Under the pieces are notes generated by a model, which saw only the letters and a list, made by a program, of their open reading frames with translations, searched no databases and had not been told where the DNA came from. Positions 22,882 through 34,710 of a DNA stretch of 63,637 nucleotides are shown here, in pieces; positions within the stretch are counted from its first letter, which is position 1; each line of letters opens with the position of its first letter. Source of the DNA: Macrostomum lignano (lineage: Eukaryota); NCBI GenBank assembly GCA_002269645.1, contig NIVC01004034.1:1-63637 (forward strand), read 5' to 3'. Position numbers and translations under genes: made by a program.

Positions 22882-23265
22882 TTGGATTATATTTAGTTGG
22901 TTTCGCATTCACCTCTTGAATAAATTCCAATAAGCAGACGTAGTTGCACTACTGACAGTAGAGTAGTAAACTTATGCTTTTATTTACTCAGACTACAGAA
23001 CGTATACCGAATAATTTGATTTAGGAATTTCAAAGAAAATAATCAGGACAAAATTATATGCACCACTGCAGACAGACCTTGCCTCTACTGAATTCACATT
23101 GTACTTTAATAAATCACAGAACCCGTGCAAACACATTGTACTTTAATAAATCACAGAACCCATGTAAAAAATTTGTACTTTAATAGACCACAGTCTCAGT
23201 GTCAGACTTTAGCGCGACGGCAGCTCGGAGCTCCTCAGTCGAGACCGCGCAGCCCGAGGCCGCCG

Positions 23266-26200
23266 TCACTCTCCCAGCGAGATGTTGCCGCCGTAGACGG
23301 CCAGCATCAGGATGGCGACGAATCCGACCAGCAGGCCGAGATTCTGCAGGGCGAACAGCTTCGCCCTGCCGGACTGCAGGGCCTCTGGCTGCTCCAGCGA
23401 GCTGCTCACCGCGGGCAGCTGGAAACGGCGGAGGAGGCTTCACTGTTCCACACTGTCTCAGCAACTCCTTTATAATATCCAACAGTGCTGTTCTCAGAAC
23501 CCCAACCAGCAGATTTAAGATGGCCATCCCGGACCCACCAGACACCCCGCACCCCGGACCTCATCGGACACCCCGGACCCCATCGGACACCCCGGACCTC
23601 ATCGGACACCCCGGACCCCATCGGACACCCCGGACCTCATCGGACACCCCGGACCCCATCGGACACCCCGGACCTCATCGGACACCCCGGACCCCATCGG
23701 ACACCCCGGACCTCATCGGACACCCCGGACCCCATCGGACACCCCGGACCCCATCGGACACCCCGGACCCCATCGGACACCCCGGACCCCATCGGACACC
23801 CCGGACCCCATCGGACACCCCGGACCCCATCGGACACCCCGGACCTCATCGGACACCCCTGATCCCAGCAGACGCCCGGGAGCCCATCGGACACCCCCGA
23901 CCCCATCGGACACCCCGGATCCCATCGGACACCCCGGACCCCATCGGTCACCCTGAAACCTATCCGACACCCCGGACCCCACCAGACACAGGATGCCAGC
24001 CCCAAGCTCACCATGTCCACCAGGCCGATGTACAAGAACATGCCGCTGGCGATGGCGAAGATCCACACGCTGGCGTCGGTTTCGCCCAGTGCGACGCCCA
24101 GCGCGAAGCCAAGGTAGCAGGTGCAGGCGGACAGGAAGTTGCACAGCAGCGCCATCGGCATGGACATCCCGGCCGACAGCAGGATGGCGAAGTCACCGAG
24201 CTCGTGCGGCAGCTCCTCGCACAGCACCGCCAAGGAGATACTGACGCCGCTGAGGGTGGAGCGGCTGAAGGCCACCCCGATGCTCAGGCCGTCGACGAAG
24301 TTGTGCAGCGCGTCGCCCAGCAGGATCATCCAGGCCACCGGCTGCACCTTCACCAGACGGGTGGCCACGGAGCCCGCGTTGCTGCCGCTGCCGCTGCCAG
24401 CAGCCGCGCCGTCGCTACAGCAGCCGGCGCCGTCAACGGCGACCTCCACCGGCAGGACGGTGGCCGCCCCGTACGCCGCCGGCTCCCCGGACGGCGGAGC
24501 CTCTTTTTGGCGCGGCGACTCCGCATCGACTGGCGGGGCCGGGGAGACGCGGGCGGACTTGTAGCTGGCCAGGGCGGTGGACGAGTCCTCCTGCTGCAGC
24601 TGCGGCTCCGGCAGCGCGTGCGAGTGACCGTGGCCGAAGCTGCCGCCTCCCTGTGGGGAATTTGGTTGCGTCAGCCAATCAGAGCAGCCCAGCGATGTCT
24701 TGGAAAATGAGTTTTAAAAGCCGAACTCCTTTACAAAATCCAACAATGCTGTTCTCAGAACCCCACCAACAGATTCAAAATCTGATTGGCTGAAGTTGAA
24801 AAGTTATTATCGCTACATATCGGCAGCTTTTCAGGTGCTCTCGAATTGGACTTGCCTTCATCCGGATGAGCTCTTTGAGCAGGCGTTCGATGAGGAAGAA
24901 CATATAGATGCCCCCGAACACGGTGCAGCAGCGCCACAGGTACCACGGGTGCTCGGAGAGAAAGTCCTCCCAGCTGGTGTGGGCAGAGCCATGGAACGCG
25001 TGGTGATCATGGTGGTCATGGTGGTCATGGTCGTGATGGTGATGGATGAGGCTGGAGTTCTCCTTGTTCACCTCCTCGTGTATGAATTCCAGCTGCAAGC
25101 ACTGCGGAGAAAAACATGGACTTTAATGTTTAAAATCTAGGCTGACCACAGACTGCACTGATCAATCTAGGCTGACCACAGACTGCACTGATCAATCTAG
25201 GCTGACCACAGACTGCACTGATCAATCTAGGCTGACCACAGACTGCACTTATCAATCTAAACTGTAGGCTGACCACAGACTGCACTTATCAATCTAAACT
25301 GTAGGCTGACCACAGACTGCACTGATCAATCTAGGCTGACCACAGACTGCACTGATCAATCTAGGCTGACCACAGACTGCACTGATCAATCTAGGCTGAC
25401 CACAGACTGAACTTATCAATCTAGGCTGACCACAGGCTGCACTGATCAATCTAGGCTAACCACAGACTGCACTGATCAATCTAGGCTGACCACAGACTGC
25501 ACTGATCAATCTAGGCTAACCACAGACTGCACTGATCAATCTAGGCTGACCACAGACTGCACTGATCAATCTAGGCTGACCACAGACTGCACTGATCAAT
25601 CTAGGCTGACCACAGACTGCACTGATCAATCTAGGCTGACCACAGACTGCACTGATCAATCTGAGATGGTGGAATACGAACTGGTGGACTCAGACTGCAG
25701 GACCCTGTGGCAGCACATACCGTTATCAATACCCAGTGACCCAGCGAGCAAAGCCCAATAAAAGTCTGCAACGCACAGCTGTGCAATAAAGATTCGCGGC
25801 CCGAATCTAGCCAGCCCTCACAGCCCTGTTATCTCTAAGATAGCGCAGCGGTAAGCATGCATGCACTGAGCAGCTCTGCGTAGCACCCAAGGAACACAAT
25901 GGGCATTGGTTTCTGTTGGTGACTCTGCTGACGCAGACGACATTCTCCAAGCGCGGCCACGCTCAGGTCCATCGCGCCATTCTAAATCATGCTATCACCG
26001 CTGCTGAGTGCCATGGCAACAGGAAAATAAACACCGAACTGGTCTGACCGTTGACTAAATTCTTTTAAACCAGCTACACTTAAAAATTACTAAAAAAATT
26101 GCTGATAAAATTCAACCTACGCTCGCTTGCGACCAACGAGGCACCCAAAATTTCCATGATTTCCTAAAGCTCTGTGGGGGGTTGCAGCTCCAGGGGTTGT

Positions 26201-28472
26201 AGCCCAGTGGTCAGAGCGTCGGACTCACGACTCGAAGGTAGGGGGTTCGATTCTCGACCCACTCGAAACAGTTTGTGTCCTTGAGCAAAGTGCTTAACAC
26301 TGCATTGCTTCAGTTCAACCAGCTGTAAAATGGGTGCCAGCATTAGCTGCGGTAATTGAGGGTGTTCGACTCCCCAGTCATTGGACTGAACAGCCGTACG
26401 CAGTCTTCAGATGCGCCGCGCAACAGCTGCGGCTGAGCTGTCGGTTGCACATCTGCCCATTAGGGCAGGTGCAATCAATTAATATTATTAAAGTTGTGCA
26501 TTGTTGGCAAGGAGGCAAAGCGTCTGGATTGGGTGGCGCTCAAACTGATGGCATGGCACTCAAACTGATGGCATGGCACTCAAACTGATGGCATGGCACT
26601 CAAACTGATGGCATGGCACTCAAACTGATGGCATGGAACTCAAACTGATGGCATGACACTCAAACTGATGGCATGGCACTCAAACTGATGGCATGGCACT
26701 CAAACTGATGGCATGGCACTCAAACTGATGGCATGGCACTCAAACTGATGGCATGGCACTCAAACTGATGGCATGGCACTCAAACTGATGGCATGGCACT
26801 ACAGGGACCCCAAGGCTGGAGCCCCCCAGACGTACCTCAGGCAGCAGGACCAGCAAGGCGGTGGCAGTCAGCGAGCTCACGGCCAGGGCCGTCATGAAGG
26901 CCATCAGCAGGTTGAACAGCCGGCGGCCGATGCACGGCAGGAAGCTGATGCCCACCAGGGCGCACAGGTTGATGAGGGTGACGAACAGCAGGCCGAAGCC
27001 CCACACTGCGGGCAGGGGGGGGGGTCGCCAATCCTGCTGAACAAGCCCGGTTGAGCAGCTCAACTGGAGACTCAAATATTCACGTCTCTCACCTTGAGCT
27101 GGACTTGGAGCACCGTGACTGTGACCGTCTCCGTGACCGCCTCCGTGACCGCCTCCGAACCCGTTGCCCAATTCAAAGCCAGGAAGCGGCGCACCCGCGC
27201 TGAGTCCTGAAGTCGGCAGGCGCCCGTCGTAGCAGGCCGGGGTTTGAATTCCCGCCAGCAGGGTGGCGACCAGGTGGCTGGCATTGTGCGGAGTCCAGGC
27301 CAGGGGCATCAGGCTGGATGGCTGGCTGGGGCACTGCGAGGGGTTGCGGGTTGGGCTGCGTCTGAGACTGAATTCTGTGTCTGAGCTGCATGGCAACCAC
27401 TCTATGGGGATGAATTCAGTGTCTGAGCTGCATGGCAACCACTCTATGAGACTGAACTCAGTGTCTGAGCTGCATAGCAACCACTCTATGAGACTGAACT
27501 CAGTGTCTGAGCTGCATGGCAACCACTCTATGAGGCTGAATTCAGTGTCTGAGCTGCATGGCAACCACTCTATGAGGCTGAATCCAGTGTCTGAGCTGCA
27601 TGGCAACCACTCTATGAGGATGAATTCTGTGTCTGAGCTGCATGGCAACCACTCTATGAGGCTGAATCCAGTGTCTGAGCTGCATGGCAACCACTCTATG
27701 AGGATGAATTCTGTGTCTGAGCTGCATGGCAACCACTCTATGGGGATGAATTCAGTGTCTGAGCTGCATGGCAACCACTCTTTGGGGATGAATTCAGTGT
27801 CTGAGCTGCATGGCAACCACTCTATGGGGATGAATTTAGTGTCTGAGCTGCATGGCAACCACTCTATGGGGATGATTTGGGTAGCTGAGCAGCATAGCAA
27901 CCACTCTATGGGACTGAATTCAGTGTCTGAGCTGCATAGCAACCACTCTATGGGACTGAATTCAGTGTCTGAGCTGCATGGCAACCACTATGGGGATGAA
28001 TTCAGTGTCTGAGCTGCATAGCAACCACTCTATGGGGATGAATTGGGTAGCTGAGCTGCATAGCAACCACTCTATGGGGATGAATTGGGTAGCTGAGCTG
28101 CATAGCAACCACTCTACAAACAACAACAAATTATGCGACCCCGTAAGCAAAGTCAGTTAAAGCAGGGCGCGTCAGATGGCGCGCCGCAGAGCCTGGGAGC
28201 GAACGAAGTCTGCTCCGTTGGCAGTGTCGGGCGCCCCAGCGTCGCACAGCAGGCAGTCCACGTACGTGGACAACCACTCTATGGTTATGATTTGCTCACC
28301 TCCAGCTGGGCGCCGGCCGCGGCCGCCTTGCTCAGCAGGCCGGGGCTCATGCTGATGCCGGCCAAGAAGTCGGTGACATTGCGGCCGTAGGCGATGCCGG
28401 AGCGACCGTAGAGGCGGATGAAGTCTGCGGCCAGCGCAGAGATCCGAGCTGCCTCTCCCGAGTTCGACATGC
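23266..28472 (-). CDS. LIV-1 family ZIP metal transporter, ZIP8/ZIP14-like (SLC39); 5' exon(s) not fixed
   Basis: Phase-consistent exons 28472-28300, 27333-27093, 27005-26836, 25101-24856, 24650-24012 and 23418-23266. Motifs [11 protein letters not shown] and [11 protein letters not shown] (E-variant of HExPHExGD, as in ZIP8/14), His-rich loops, and terminal QNLGLLVGF. Confidence 0.9.
23525..23990. repeat. 19-bp minisatellite (catcggacaccccggaccc)
   Basis: Direct tandem periodicity in a ZIP intron. Confidence 0.95.
25134..25662. repeat. 30-bp minisatellite (tctaggctgaccacagactgcactgatcaa)
   Basis: Tandem periodicity with a few longer variant units. Confidence 0.95.
26193..26490 (+). mobile_element. 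tRNA-derived CORE-type SINE, copy 2
   Basis: tagcccagtggtcagagcg and ggttcgattctc boxes; tgtgtccttgagcaaagtgcttaac...cagctgtaaaatggg; homologous to 2076-2390. Confidence 0.85.
26541..26800. repeat. 20-bp minisatellite (caaactgatggcatggcact)
   Basis: About 13 near-identical tandem units. Confidence 0.95.
27365..28115. repeat. 39-bp minisatellite (tgaattcagtgtctgagctgcatggcaaccactctatggg-type)
   Basis: 13-codon periodicity in the spurious ORFs on both strands. Confidence 0.95.
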
Positions 28473-28559
28473 CTGCGGGTTGACAGGGGCGGCGAGTTGG
28501 CAATCGTTTTGAATCGTTGGTGGTAATGTTCTATGGGCTCGACACCTCACAAACTCGAA

Positions 28560-29330
28560 ATTCACTAGCTCAACCTTCACTAGGTCAACCTTCACTAGCT
28601 CAACCTTCACAAGCTCAACCTTCACAAGCTCAACCTTCACTAGCTCAACCTTCACTAGCTCAACCTTCACTAGCTCAACCTTCACTAGCTCAACCTTCAC
28701 TAGCTCAACCTTCACAAGCTCAACCTTCACAAGCTCAACCTTCACAAGCTCAACCTTCACTAGCTCAACCTTCACAAGCTGAACCTTCACAAGCTCAACC
28801 TTCACTAGCTCAACCTTCACAAGCTGAACCTTCACAAGCTCAACCTTCACTAGCTCAACCTTCACTAGCTCAACCTTCACTAGCTCAACCTTCACTAGCT
28901 CAACCTTCACTAGCTCAACCTTCACTAGCTCAACCTTCACTAGCTCAACCTTCACTAGCTCAACCTTCACTAGCTCAACCTTCACTAGCTCAACCTTCAC
29001 TAGCTCAACCTTCACTAGCTCAACCTTCACTAGCTCAACCTTCACTAGCTCAACCTTCACTAGCTCAACCTTCACTAGCTCAACCTTCACAAGCTCGAAC
29101 TTCACAAGCTCAAAATTCACAAGCTTGAGCTTCAAAAGATCACCCTTTACAAGCTCCACCTTTACAAGCTCAACCTTCACAAGCTCAACCTTCACTAGCT
29201 CAACCTCCACAAGCTCGAACTTCACAAGCTCAAAATTCACAAGCTTGAGCTTCAAAAGATCACCCTTTACAAGCTCCACCTTCACAAGCTCCACCTTTAC
29301 AAGCTCGAAATTCACAAGCTCAAACTGTGA
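28560..29330. repeat. 15-bp minisatellite (ttcactagctcaacc)
   Basis: 5-codon periodicity (AQPSL / VKVEL); the degenerate 3' end is duplicated as a higher-order block. Confidence 0.95.
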
Positions 29331-29914
29331 GCTACAAAAAATGAAACATGCATTGAACTCACTGTGCAATCCAAAACTCCCGCGGGCACTTGAGCTCAGG
29401 CAATCTCACAGGTCTGACCGCAGTCTGCTTTAAACCGTGCGCCTCTCTGCAATGCACCTGAGCTGCAATTATAGGCAGCTCCAGAGGCGAAGTCCAACCT
29501 GGTGCGAGATTTTCCCCAGCAACGCCTGAGCCAAACTTATCTCTAAGATAGCGCAGCGGTAACCGAGCATGCACTGAGCAGCTCGGTATGGCACACAATG
29601 AGCACTTGGAGACCTGCTGCTGCTGCTGCCGCAGGCGCCACTCTCCAAGCACGGCCACCCTCGGATCAAAGGTCCATCGCGCCATTCCCCAAAGCAATCA
29701 TTTGCAATCATTTAGTGCTGCTAGGTTGCCATGCCGACCGAAAAATACTTGCAGTAAGCATTCTGGATGAAGTCTTTGACCGCTAACCCGAAGCTGTGCA
29801 GTGCCAGCCAGAATTGGCAACAGTTTTTCAGAAGGCCGTTGATAACTAAGCAACGTTATGAAACATGGAGCACTGTGATTCTACGAGCGTATTAACTACT
29901 AAATTTGTCTGTGT

Positions 29915-31345
29915 GGTATGGTGGAATTGTGCTTAGATTTGGTGGAATTGCGCTTACACTGGGTGGAATTGCGCTTACACTGGGTGGAATTGGGCTTAGA
30001 TTGGGTGGAATTGGGCTTACACTGGGTGGAATTGCGCTTACACTGGGTAGAATTGGGCTTACACTGGATGGAATTGCGCTTACACTGGGTGGAATTGCGC
30101 TTACACTGGGTTGAATTGCGCTTACTGGGTGGAATTGCGCTTACACTGGGTGGAATTGCGCTTACTGGGTGGAATTGCGCTTATACTAGGTGGAATTGCG
30201 CTTACACTGGGTGGAATTGGGCTTAGATTGGGTGGAATTGCGCTTAGATTTGGTGGAATTGCGCTTACACTGGGTGGAGTTGCGCTTAGATTTGGTGGAA
30301 TTGCGCTTACACTGGGTGGAATTGCGCTTACACTGGGTTGAATTGCGCTTACTGGGTGGAATTGCGCTTACACTGGGTGGAATTGCGCTTACTGGGTGGA
30401 ATTGCGCTTACACTGGGTGGAATTGCGCTTACTGGGTGGAATTGCGCTTATACTAGGTGGAATTGCGCTTACACTGGGTGGAATTGCGCTTACTGGGTGG
30501 AATTGCGCTTACTGGGTGGAATTGCGCTTAGAGTTGGTGGACTCGCGCTTAGATTTCGTTGACTTTTGCCTCGATTTGGTGGTATTGTGCTTAGATCTTG
30601 TGGACTTTTGCCTCGATTTGGTGGTATTGCGCTTAGATCTTGTGGACTTTTGCCTCGATTAGGTGGTATTGCGCTTAGATCTTGTGGACTTTTGCCTCGA
30701 TTTGGTGGTATTGCGCTTAGATCTTGTGGACTTTTGCCTCGATTTGGTGGTATTGTGCTTAGATTTGATGGACTTTTGCCTCGATTATTGCGCTTGGATT
30801 TGATGGACTTTTGCCTCGATTATTGCGCTTGGATTTGATGGACTTTTGCCTCGATTATTGCGCTTGGATTTGATGGACTTTTGCCTCGATTTGGTGGTAT
30901 TGTGCTTGGATTTTATGGACTTTTGCCACGATTTGGTGGTATTGTGCTTGGATTTGATGGACTTTTGCCTCGATTATTGCGCTTAGATTTGATGGACTTT
31001 TGCCTCGATTATTGCGCTTGGATTTGATGGACTTTTGCCTCGATTTGGTGGTATTGTGCTTGGATTTTATGGACTTTTGCCTCGATTGGGTGGTATTGTG
31101 CTTGGATTTGATGGACTTTTGCCTCGATTATTGCGCTTAGATTTGATGGACTTTTGCCTCGATTTGGTGGTATTGTGCTTGGATTTGATGGACTTTTGCC
31201 ACGATTTGGTGGTATTGTGCTTGGATTTTATGGACTTTTGCCACGATTTGGTGGTATTGCGCTTAGATTTGATGGACTTTTGCCTCGATTTGGTGGTATT
31301 GGGCTTGGATTCGGTGGAATTGCGCTTAGATTTGGTGGTATTGCG
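29915..31345. repeat. Compound minisatellite: 21-bp (gggtggaattgcgcttacact) grading into 42-bp and 35-bp derivatives
   Basis: Unit changes visible at ~30545 and ~30780. Confidence 0.9.
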
Positions 31346-32064
31346 CATACAGTATCGCTAAAACTAATGGCAGGGCAATAGAAATTAATGTTGTGTTTCA
31401 AGTTTACACAATATTACAAACGCAGATAACTTTAATGCATACAGTATACAACCGAAGCACAAAGACGCCGCGCCATACTCGCAGATCTTTCCAGTTGCAA
31501 AATGCAAAGGCGAGAAGCATGGCTTCTTTCAATTTTTTTAGATATGAAAATAGTCAAGTTTCTTTAACAAAGTAAAAGACCGCTACCTAAGCACAGTTAA
31601 ATTTCAACTATTCTTATCTGTTGCATTTTTCGCCATAACTCTGAGGGACACCCCTCGTAGAGAGCACATGTATAAATTATCTTTATTTGATCTGCAACTC
31701 GGCAGCTCAGGTGAAATTAGCAGCTTAGGCCTTGAGCTGAAATATGCCCATCTCACTAATACCTTTCTTACAGCAGAGTTATCAATCAGTGTAAGCTTAG
31801 CTGAAAGTGGACTCGAACCCTGGCCATACTTGCCAGTTTCTTTCCCCATCGATTTTCCTCAGCTGGCCTGGCCAAGGCTTCACCAATTAGCCAGGCTGAA
31901 CAAAACTACGAGTACATGCTTTATGCATTCGCGCCCTCTCGCATGAACTCCGCGCTGTCTGCTTATCAGCAGACGAACTCCGACAGTCAGTGCGGGAACA
32001 AATGCTGGAATCACCTGCAGTCCTGCACGAGCCGCATCTTCAAATAGCGGCACACCAGCGACCC

Positions 32065-32530
32065 GGAGGCATGTGAAAGCTACAGAATCAACCGCAGTTC
32101 ACACAGCACAGGCATGTGAAAGCTACAGAATCACACGCAGTTCACACAGCACAGGCATGTGAAAGCTACAGAATCACACGCAGTTCACACAGCACAGGCA
32201 TGTGAAAGCTACAGAATCACACGCAGTTCACACAGCACAGGCATGTGAAAGCTACAGAATCACACGTAGTTCACACAGCACAGGCATGTGAAAGCTACAG
32301 AATCACACGTAGTTCACACAGCACAGGCATGTGAAAGCTACAGAATCACACGTAGTTCACACAGCAAAAGCATGTGAAAGCTACAGAATCACACAGCACA
32401 GGCATGTGAAGGCTACAGAATCACACGCAGTTCACACAGCACAGGGATGTGAAGGCTACAGAATCACACAGCACAGGCATGTGAAAGCTACAGAATCACA
32501 CAGCACAGGCATGTGAAGGCTACAGAGTCA
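32065..32530. repeat. 43-bp minisatellite (ggcatgtgaaagctacagaatcacacgcagttcacacagcaca)
   Basis: Unit starts at 32111 and 32154; later units are shortened. Confidence 0.95.
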
Positions 32531-32894
32531 CACGCAAACTTGGCACAGAGCAAGCAGGTGCATGCTGCCTCGCTCAGAATTTAAATAAACAGCAAACAGG
32601 AGCAACACAATGCTGACCATGAGTTTGCAGCACAGCCGCTCAGTACGGTAGCCGACATTAATATGACTAGAACAGCCAATGATTTATTTACAAATACAAT
32701 CAAACTTGAGCGCAAAGCGAACAGGGGACCAGTCAGGGAGGAAGCGAGAAAACAGTTAAAAAAATCAGTTAGCGAATCACATGGACACTGACTGGCCGGC
32801 GTGAATTGTGACAGATTCAGGTCGATGGGGGCACGAATGCGGGGTGACCCGGGCTCGAATCCCGGCGATAGCTGCCACATACGTAGGGGAATGG

Positions 32895-34710
32895 GGAGGG
32901 ATTCAGACGGGGGGAGACTCAGACGGGAGGGGGGAGACTCAGACTGCAGGGGGGAGAGATTCTGACGGGAAGGGGAGACTCGGATAGGGGGAGACTCAGA
33001 TGGGAGGGGGAGATTCAGACGTAGGGGGATGAGACTCGGATGGGAGGGGGGAGACTCAGATGGGAGGGGGAGACTCAGACTGGAGGGGGGAGAGATTCAG
33101 ACGGGAAGGGGAGACTCAGATAGGGGGAGACTCAGACGGGAGGGGGAGACTCAGATGGGAGGCGGAGACTCAGACGGGAGGGGGGAGACTCAGATGGGAG
33201 GGGGGAGACTCAGATGGGAGGCGGAGACTCAGATGGGAGGGGGGAGACTCAGACTGGAGGGGGAGACTCAGATGGGAGGGGGAGACTCAGATGGGAGGGG
33301 GAGACTCAGACTGGAGGGGGGGGAGATTCAGACGTAGGGGGATGAGACTCGGATGGGAGGGGGGAGACTCAGATGGGAGGCGGAGACTCAGACGTAGGGG
33401 GATGAGACTCGGATGGGAGGGGGGAGACTCAGATGGGAGGGGGAGACTCAGATGGGAGGGGGAGACTCAGATGGGAGGGGGAGACTCAGACTGCAGGGGG
33501 GAGAGATTCAGACGGGAAGGGGAGACTCGGATAGGGGGAGACTCAGACTGGAGGGGGGGGGAGATTCAGACGGGAAGGGGAGACTCGGATAGGGGGAGAC
33601 TCAGACGGGAGGGGGAGACTCAGATGGGAGGGGGGAGACTCAGATGGGAGGCGGAGACTCACACGGGAGGGGGGAGACTCAGATGGGAGGGGGGAGACTC
33701 AGATGGGAGGCGGAGACTCAGATGGGAGGGGGAGACTCAGACTGGAGGGGGAGACTCAGATGGGAGGGGGAGACTCAGATGGGAGGGGGAGACTCAGACT
33801 GGAGGGGGGGGGAGATTCAGACGGGAAGGGGAGACTCGGATAGGGGGAGACTCAGACGGGAGGGGGAGACTCAGATGGGAGGGGGGAGACTCAGATGGGA
33901 GGCGGAGACTCAGATGGGAGGGGGGAGACTCAGACTGGAGGGGGAGACTCAGATGGGAGGGGGAGACTCAGATGGGAGGGGGAGACTCAGATGGGAGGGG
34001 GGAGACTCAGATGGGAGGCGGAGACTCAGATGGGAGGGGGGAGACTCAGATGGGAGGGGGAGACTCAGACTGGAGGGGGAAACTCAGACTGGAGGGGCAG
34101 ACTCAGATGGGAGGGGGGAGACTCAAACTGGAGGGGGAAACTCAGACTGGAGGGGGAGACTCAGACGGGAGGGGGAGACTCAGATGGGAGGCGGAGACTC
34201 AGATGGGAGGGGGGACACTCAGACTGGAGGGGGAGACTCAGATGGGAGGGGGAGACTCAGACTGGAGGGGGAGACTCAGACTGGAGGGGGAGACTCAGAC
34301 GGGAGGGGGAGACTCAGATGGGAGGGGGGAGACTCAGACTGGAGGGGGAGACTCAGATGGGAGGGGGGAGACTCAGACGGGAGGGGGAGACTCAGATGGG
34401 AGGGGGGAGACTCAGACGGGAGGGGGAGACTCAGATGAGGGGAGACTCAGATGGGAGGGGGAGACTCAGATGAGGGGAGACTCAGATGGGAGGGGGAGAC
34501 TCAGATGGGAGGGGGGAGACTCAGACTGGAGGGGGAGACTCAGATGGGAGGGGGGAGACTCAGACGGGAGGGGGAGACTCAGATGAGGGGAGACTCAGAT
34601 GGGAGGGGGAGACTCAGATGGGAGGGGGGAGACTCAGACTGGAGGGGGAGACTCAGATGGGAGGGAAGAGACTCAAATGAGGGGAGACTCAGATGGGAGG
34701 GGGAGACTCA
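32895..34710. repeat. G-rich ~19-21-bp minisatellite (ggggagactcagatgggagg), ~1.8 kb
   Basis: Tandem G-run units; source of spurious GGGDSD/RLRWEG ORFs. Confidence 0.95.

Noticed and set aside
31976-32625. Candidate ZIP 5' exons (MVSIVLLLFAVY... near 32620 and LSHASGSLVCRYL... near 32070)
   Set aside because: Plausible signal peptide, but I could not link the phases to the 28472 acceptor without a missing exon; left unannotated.
32830-32875. tRNA-like T-arm (gacccgggctcgaatcccggc)
   Set aside because: Only a B-box-like arm; no A-box or cloverleaf upstream.
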